A stretch of DNA of 64,000 bases, taken from Felis catus (taxonomy: Eukaryota). Position 1 is the stretch's first letter. Each line of letters opens with the position of its first letter. Under the pieces are notes generated by a model that searched no databases, was not told where the DNA came from, and was given only the letters and a program-made list of their open reading frames with translations. The stretch is taken from positions 38,626,001 to 38,690,000 of the forward strand of contig NC_058381.1 in the NCBI RefSeq assembly GCF_018350175.1, given 5' to 3'. The translations under genes were made by a program, and so were the position numbers. Shown piece by piece: positions 50,021-64,000 of this stretch.

Positions 50021-50618
50021 AGATAGGAAATTTAGAAAAGAGGATGAAATCCTAACAAAGCAGGATTCTCCCTTTGAGAGTAATCCGAGCTAGAGATAGG
50101 GCTCTTTTAAAACCTTTACACTTCCGATTTTGGAGGCCTCATCCTATATTACATGAACCGTTAAAAACAAAGGGAAAATGTTAACAAAACAAAACAAAAC
50201 AAAACAAACAGCTTCATGTAGTGACATGTGTGGAGTTATAGAATCGGATCATGTAAATCGGGAAAAGTTGTAAGGGAATGGGGAGGGAGGAGAAAGCTAC
50301 TTTGGATTGGGTGATCAGAGAAGGCCTTTTTGAAAATGTGACGTTTGAGCTGAAACCTAGGTGACCAGAAGGAGCCAGCCCTGTTAACACCTGGGGGCAG
50401 ATTGTTCTAGGCTGAGGGAATAGTCCGTGCAAAGGCCCTAAGGCAGGAACTAATTTTGGCATCTTTGAAAAACAGAAAGGAAGCCTATGTGGCTGGAAGG
50501 CCAGAGACCAGATTCTGTCAGGTCTTGGGTCACAGTGAAGAGCTTAGGCAATGGAAAGCCATTGGGAGATGTTTTAGCGCTGGAACAAATGAAATTTATG
50601 TTGAAAACATTTACTTTA

Positions 50619-50738
50619 GGGGTGCCTGGAGGGCTCAGTTGGCAGAGCATGCAGCTCTTGATCTTGGGGTTGTGAGTTTGAGCCCCATGTTGGGTGGAGA
50701 GGTTACTTAAAATAAAAAAAAAAATTAAGTTAAAAAGT
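50619..50738 (+). mobile_element. Short carnivore SINE inside an antisense L2 relic (about 50270-50780)
   Basis: Head ggggtgcctggagggctcagttgg, A-rich tail, TSD aaaacattta at 50604-50613 and 50739-50748. Confidence 0.85.
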
Positions 50739-52057
50739 AAAACATTTATTCTGTGAAGAGGGCAGGGGGTAGGGTTAAAACAGGGCAACAGCAGCATTCG
50801 GGGAGATCAAAGGCTAGTGCTTTCACCTGACAGAGGTTTAGTCTAGCTGGTGGTGGAGGTGGGAAAAGCACAGAGGAATCGATAGATCTCGAAGAGCTAC
50901 TGGACGTAAAGGGCAAAAAACCCCCAAAACAAAACGAAAACAAACACAGAAAAATAACAACAAAAGAAGAATCAACGACGTGGGTCCAGTGAATGAAATC
51001 ATCTGAAACTGAAACTGCCTCACCAAATCAGGACTTCATGATTGCCACAGTTTTGTGCTTCTGGAAGCTTCCTAGCCTCCTCTTCCCCAAACCAAAAGCC
51101 AGAGGCAAAAATGTCCTCATTCACATCCCAGTAGTCTGGATCTCTAGCAGCAAGCCAGGCGAGTTCTGAAGGGTTGAGTAGAGCAGGAAGACTCAGTGTT
51201 TGTGAAACAAAGAATCTGGAACCTGGAATCTGGCAGAGGGGCGGCTCAGTGGGGCTTTCAGGGAATAAGCATGGGGTTGAAGGAGTCGCTGCCCCCGCAC
51301 GACGTCTAAAACACTGCAACCAGGAACTCTTCAGTCCAACTCTCATATTTCACACAGCAAAATGAAAGCCTTATTCAAGCCCACACAGCCCAGCTACTAT
51401 CTGAGAAAGGATCCCTAGATAAACCGAGATGCACGTTAGATGGCCAGCACAAACACACAGCACAGGATACGGGAGCACAATCCATGGGCCAAGATGGAAA
51501 CCACGTGTACTTCTCCTATAGGCATTAAAGCCAGGGAAGGCTGAGGGCGCAAGAATGCATTCTGTCTTAGCAAAGCAACCTAGAGAGAGAGAAAGGCAGA
51601 TTCCTCAGGCCTTGGGCCTGCATTCCTGACATGGGGTGACAAGGGTTGAGGGAGGTGATCAGCAGGCCCAGGGGTAGCGTGTCTCGTATGTCAATTTAGG
51701 CTCTGCTCTTTGCTACCTAGGGCCTAGGCCTAACCCTGGGCTCCCAGTGGCTAGGTAGCAAGTGTTCTTAAAGGGAAGGGAAGATTTTCTCATCAGAAGC
51801 TTTCAAATTACTCTCCTATGGCCCCAGGGAGGCTTTGTGCCCACTCTTGGGGGACTCCTTCCAAATAACTAATTCATAGACACTTCCCCAGCAACTCATG
51901 CCCCAGACTCAAGGCCCTATGGGGTAGGCACCAGTTTGTGGCCTGAACCTCGGACTGTGGACCGTCTCCTCCCTTTTTCTGTTTATTTTCAGTCCTCTGA
52001 CCCCAGGCTGGCTGGTGAGGTAGGCAGAAGGGAGGAGACTCTGGTGCCAACAAACAG

Positions 52058-52060
52058 ACA

Positions 52061-52113
<53 letters not shown>
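52058..52113. repeat. (AC)n microsatellite with one interruption
   Basis: Direct reading. Confidence 0.95.
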
Positions 52114-52115
<2 letters not shown>

Positions 52116-53719
52116 CCTCCTGTGTTCCCCAGTCTCAGTGGCTGGTCAATGATTGACTGGCATTTCACAGGCTGCTGGGTCCAGACCCCAGCCTGTTGAT
52201 CCTTAGAGGTCACCTCTCTAAGCCAGAGCCCCATCGTGCCACCTCAGTGCCAGTGGATACCTCCACTGCCCGCAGGCCAGCACCTCCTCTGGCAGATCTC
52301 ATATATCTGCCCTCTGCCCTTCTCTTGGCTCTCCTCTGCCCTGCAGTCACCCCTCTCCCCTGAAGCTGTCTCCCTCTCCCCAGGCCCCTCACTGGACCCT
52401 GCTGGCAAACTCTCAGCTCCTCCAGCAGCCCCCCTCCCCCGCCACCAACCCCAGGCCCCCCTTCAACCTCTGTCCCTTAGACATCCTCTTTCCTTGGCTC
52501 TCCTGCCAGGCCCTGCTGGAGAGGCAATTGAGGGGAGAAGCGAATCAGCAGCGCCCACCCCTGCCCCCCTTCCTCTCCTCTTGTCAAACACCAGACAAGG
52601 TTTTTTCCCCTTCCTTCCCAGCTCTGAATGGGCTCATTCTCTTTGGAAGACTGGCCCCTCTCGAGCCTCCTCCCCGGGCGTGAGTTCTGACCTCGCTCCT
52701 CCCCCAACCCTACTCCCGGTCCACTCCCTCTGGCCCCGCCTTCTCTGGGCAGCCCGCTGGGACTGAGCATTGTCTCCAGTCTGGGTTTTTTTTCCCCTGG
52801 AATCTGGGATGCCAAGAGGGTGCACTTGTGGACTGGGTGGGAGTGAGGCAGTGGGGGGACATGGGATCTTTGTAGGAGAATGACTAGTAGTTACTCAGAT
52901 ATCTTGGAGAGCCTTTCTGGCTCCACTACACCCTGGGGGAGGGAGAGTTCATGGTACCCTTGATTCCCAGTCCTGGAGCAGAGCGCATGAAGCCAAACTC
53001 CTGGCTCAGTTTCTCTTCGTTCCCTTGGAGTTTCAGTGTTCCTCTTCTGCAAAATGGGGAAAGAGAACATCTGCCTTCTGACAACCCAGGACTCTGCGAG
53101 ATGAGGGATGTGGCTCTAGGACAGACAGGGACATGGAGGAAGGGTCCAGTAAAGGACGGTTGCACAGCAGCTTTCTTGGCTGGACAAACCCTCTTAACAC
53201 CAGGGCAGGGGAGGGTGGGAAGGGACATCTCTGATGCTGATCCTAACACCCTGATGGTCTCTTGAAGAGCAAGTGCTCCAGTGCATGACCCACAAGTGAC
53301 TCTTGGGACTAGGTCTAGTGTCTCCTTTCCCTGAGGGCCGAGAGGCACCTTAACCAGGTCCCTGGATTTGGGTTTGTGATGAGTGAGGGTGAGGGACTAG
53401 TTTTGGCTAGGTGTTCACCTTTTCCCTCATTAGCTCTGAGACAGATGCTTCTGGGCAAATTGGTTAACTCATCTGAGCCTCTTTTCCTTGATCTTGCCCT
53501 CACCTTAATCAACTCCAACTCTAACGCTAGAGAAAATAGAGATATTAATGCCCATCCCAAAGGGCCGCTGTGTCCCCATACTCAGCAGTATTTCTTGAAC
53601 GTTTGTGACTATTATCCAAGGGATAAATCCATTGTATATCATCACCCATCACACACAAATACCCTTACCCACATTAACATGCGATGTACACAGATCATTT
53701 CCATTGCATTCTATTTCTT

Positions 53720-53913
53720 TTTTCTTAAAGTTTTATTTATTTATTCATTTGTTTAGAGCACAAGTGGGGGGGGGGCAGAGAGAGGGAGAGAGAGAATCCC
53801 AAGCAGGTTCTGCACTGATGGCACGAAGCCCGAGTCTGGGCTCAAAGTCACAAACCGTGAGATCATGAAACTAAGAGTCAACTGCTTAACTGACTGAGCC
53901 ACCCAGGCACCCC
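53720..53913 (-). mobile_element. SINEC
   Basis: TSD attgcattctatttctt at 53703-53719 and 53916-53932; head ..gagccacccaggcacccc. Confidence 0.92.
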
Positions 53914-54575
53914 GTATTGCATTCTATTTCTTAAAAAAAAAAAAAAAAGACTTGTCTTGATCATCTAAATTGGCTCAATGACCAAACTTCCAAATGAACT
54001 TAACCTGTAGTTTGCACATTGTTGGTTAGAGCCAGAGGTGGACTCACCATGCTGTTAAAGAAGGGTAAGCTTCAGGCCCTTCATTTGCATATATGTGTCT
54101 AATTTCGTGCTCATAACTTTGTATTCCTTACCTTGAAGAGAGTCCCCCCCCCCCCAATTTCATAAGTTCAGGTACCACCAAACCTGGAACTACCCCAGTA
54201 TCCATAAACCTGAGACCACTTATTGAGCAATTACTATGTGCTACACACTGTTCTGAGTGCTTCAGGAGCATTATCTTCTTTAATCCCTGGTAGAGCATGC
54301 CAGATCCTATTTCAGTAGTGAGCAAACTGAGACTCAGAGAGGCTTGCTCACTTGCCTAAGGTTGCACAGCTAATACATGGCAGACTGGAACTTTGAACCC
54401 AGGTCATTCTGATTCCAACCCCTCTACTGTGAAAATGCCTACCAACAACCATGCTAGGAATATGAAAGCAGTTTAAGAAATGCTAGTGTCCTTCATTCTT
54501 CAGTGCTCAGTAGATGCCTCTGATCCCCTCTTGACCAGCACAGGCATGCTCTGCTCTTGGCTGAGACATTCCAAC

Positions 54576-54680
54576 TAGAGTTGCCAGACTTAGCAAATAA
54601 AAATAAGGATGCCCAGTTAAATTTGAATTTCAGATAAACAACGAATAATTTGTTAGTTAAGTATGTCCCCTGCAGTTTTG
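54576..54680. mobile_element. Half of a MER53-like hAT MITE
   Basis: agagttgccagacttagcaaataaaaata..gcccagttaaatttgaatttcagataaacaacgaataa..gtatgtccc resembles one arm of the recalled MER53 consensus. Confidence 0.7.
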
Positions 54681-55199
54681 GTTGGAATTTCCAACAAAGA
54701 CACACCTTCCTTCCATCACCCCCACTTCCATCCCCCACTGGGCCTTAAGAACAGGGCCAGGGGCTCCAGAAGGAATGCAGGGTGGGGAGGCAGAATTGAA
54801 CAGGCTAGTAAAAAGCAAGGGACAGAAAAGGAACTTTGGATGAATTGAGTGCTGAGTGGCCCTGTGAAGAAACAGACAAATGGATGTTCTTGGAAAGACT
54901 GAGATGGAAGTCCCTCTAATTTGACTCTCTCCCCAAACTTGTAGGTTCTCCCGATTAAAACTGTGCTTTTCAGACTGGAAAAAGATACTTAAAAGATTCC
55001 AGAAGGTATGCCAGGGAGTCCTGGAAGCCACAAGTTGAAAACACAACACATCCACCTCCTTTACTATCAATTTGATTTGAGGATGTGGTGGGAGAACCAT
55101 CATTTGATATTTTTAAAAACAGGCATGTGATGGAGTAGGGGTGCAAACTCGCCAGGAATGTCTAAGATAAAACCTGCGACTTCAAGGAAAGTTAAGGAT

Positions 55200-55610
55200 G
55201 GCAGCCTAAAGCATTTGCCCCAGACTCCGCCCGGTGGTGGAGGAGGGGGTGCCGATCGCCGTCCCCTGCTTTAGGGGTTCTCCATGGGAACGCGCCAGAA
55301 GTGCGCAGGCAACCCCGGCGTCCGGGCGCCGGGAGGGGCGCACCCCAGGCCTGCGCGCCGAGGGAGAAAGTGAAGCTGGGAGTTGCCACTCCCAGGGACT
55401 CGCTGGAATGCGGTGGAGGGGGTGGGGGGGCGAGCCGTGAGCACGCTCGCTCCCAATCACGGGAGGAGGAGGAGGTGGAGGAGGAGGGCTGCCTTGAGGA
55501 AGTACAAGAATGAAGTTGTGGAGCTGAGAGTCCCCTGCGTCGTGCCCCGAGAGCCGAGCAGAGCTCCCAGGCAGCCGCCCGGCCCTTCGCAGCCCGGTCC
55601 AGCCCGAGCC
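55200..55610 (+). promoter_or_regulatory. ERBB2: ERBB2 proximal promoter and 5' UTR in a CpG island
   Basis: Palindrome 55376-55395, CCAAT 55453-55457, GGA tract 55461-55488, ETS site GAGGAA 55496-55501, TACAAGA 55503-55509. Confidence 0.88.
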
Positions 55611-55631
55611 ATGGGGCCGGAGCCGCAGTGA
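55611..55631 (+). other. ERBB2: ERBB2 upstream ORF MGPEPQ*
   Basis: ATG GGG CCG GAG CCG CAG TGA in strong context (gccATGg), ending 5 nt before the main ATG at 55637; matches the known HER2 uORF. Confidence 0.92.
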
Positions 55632-55636
55632 GCACC

Positions 55637-63410
<7,774 letters not shown>

Positions 63411-64000
63411 TGAAACCTTCTCCTTGTTATCGGGAGCTGATCAGGGCCACTGCTATGCGTGGGAAACTTTGTGTGAGTTAGAACTGGCATCCCTTCTGGA
63501 TGGATGCAGGTGGGGCTTGGGAAGGTGCCTTTGTGAAGATGAGAAGATCTCCCTTCTTCCCAGGAAGTCACAGCTTGCACGAGCCTGCACAGTTTGATAA
63601 TTAGGATACAGGCTGGGGTTAGTCCACTTCTTGGCTGAGTACACATGCGCAGTGAACAACCTGCATAACTGTATGTGGCAGCCTTGGAGCTGACAGTATC
63701 CCAGAGTCTGTGGCCAGTCACTTGGCATACACGATCCCATTTTGGTTGTGCTGTAATCTTGCAAGGGAAGCATCAGTGCTATTCTCATTTTACAGAGGAG
63801 AAAACAGGTTTACAGAGGATAAGTGACTTGCTCAAGGTTCCATAGCTATGACATAGCTAGTTAGTGGTGAGGCTGGTTTTCAGACTCCAGAGTCTTTTTT
63901 AACCAGTAAGCAGTGTGCACAGAGTATAGAGGTGGGAGGACAGGAGAGAGTGGCATGGACATCTGGACCCTGTCATGGACAACTCACTCCTCTCTGGATC

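Noticed and set aside
54033-54200. Possible hAT-Tip100-type DNA transposon relic
   Set aside because: Resemblance from memory only; family and boundaries cannot be supported without a Dfam search.

Overview
Mammalian genomic DNA, almost certainly from a felid (Can-SINE/SINEC and L1_Fc-type repeats, cat-like ERBB2 N-terminus), syntenic to the human 17q12 ERBB2-amplicon core. Gene order: 3' part of PPP1R1B (+, last 3 coding exons), complete STARD3 (+, 15 exons, 445 aa), TCAP (+, 167 aa), PNMT (+, 285 aa), PGAP3 (-, 8 exons, 320 aa) and ERBB2 exons 1-3 (+). All exon boundaries were read by hand (GT-AG, phases consistent, no internal stops). There are four CpG-island promoters, many SINEC/MIR/L2/hAT relics, several microsatellites and two short N gaps. 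Most ORF-track entries are chance GC-rich or antisense frames. I see no support for an unknown protein-coding gene or a new multi-gene system. The best leads are cis-encoded: an intron-split strong-Kozak uORF in STARD3, a recursive-splice-like junction at PNMT exon 2, a TATA-less ERBB2 promoter with altered AP-2 sites, a predicted PPP1R1B-STARD3 read-through product, and SINE-in-SINE nests. Comparisons to human and repeat consensus sequences are from memory and need checking by alignment.
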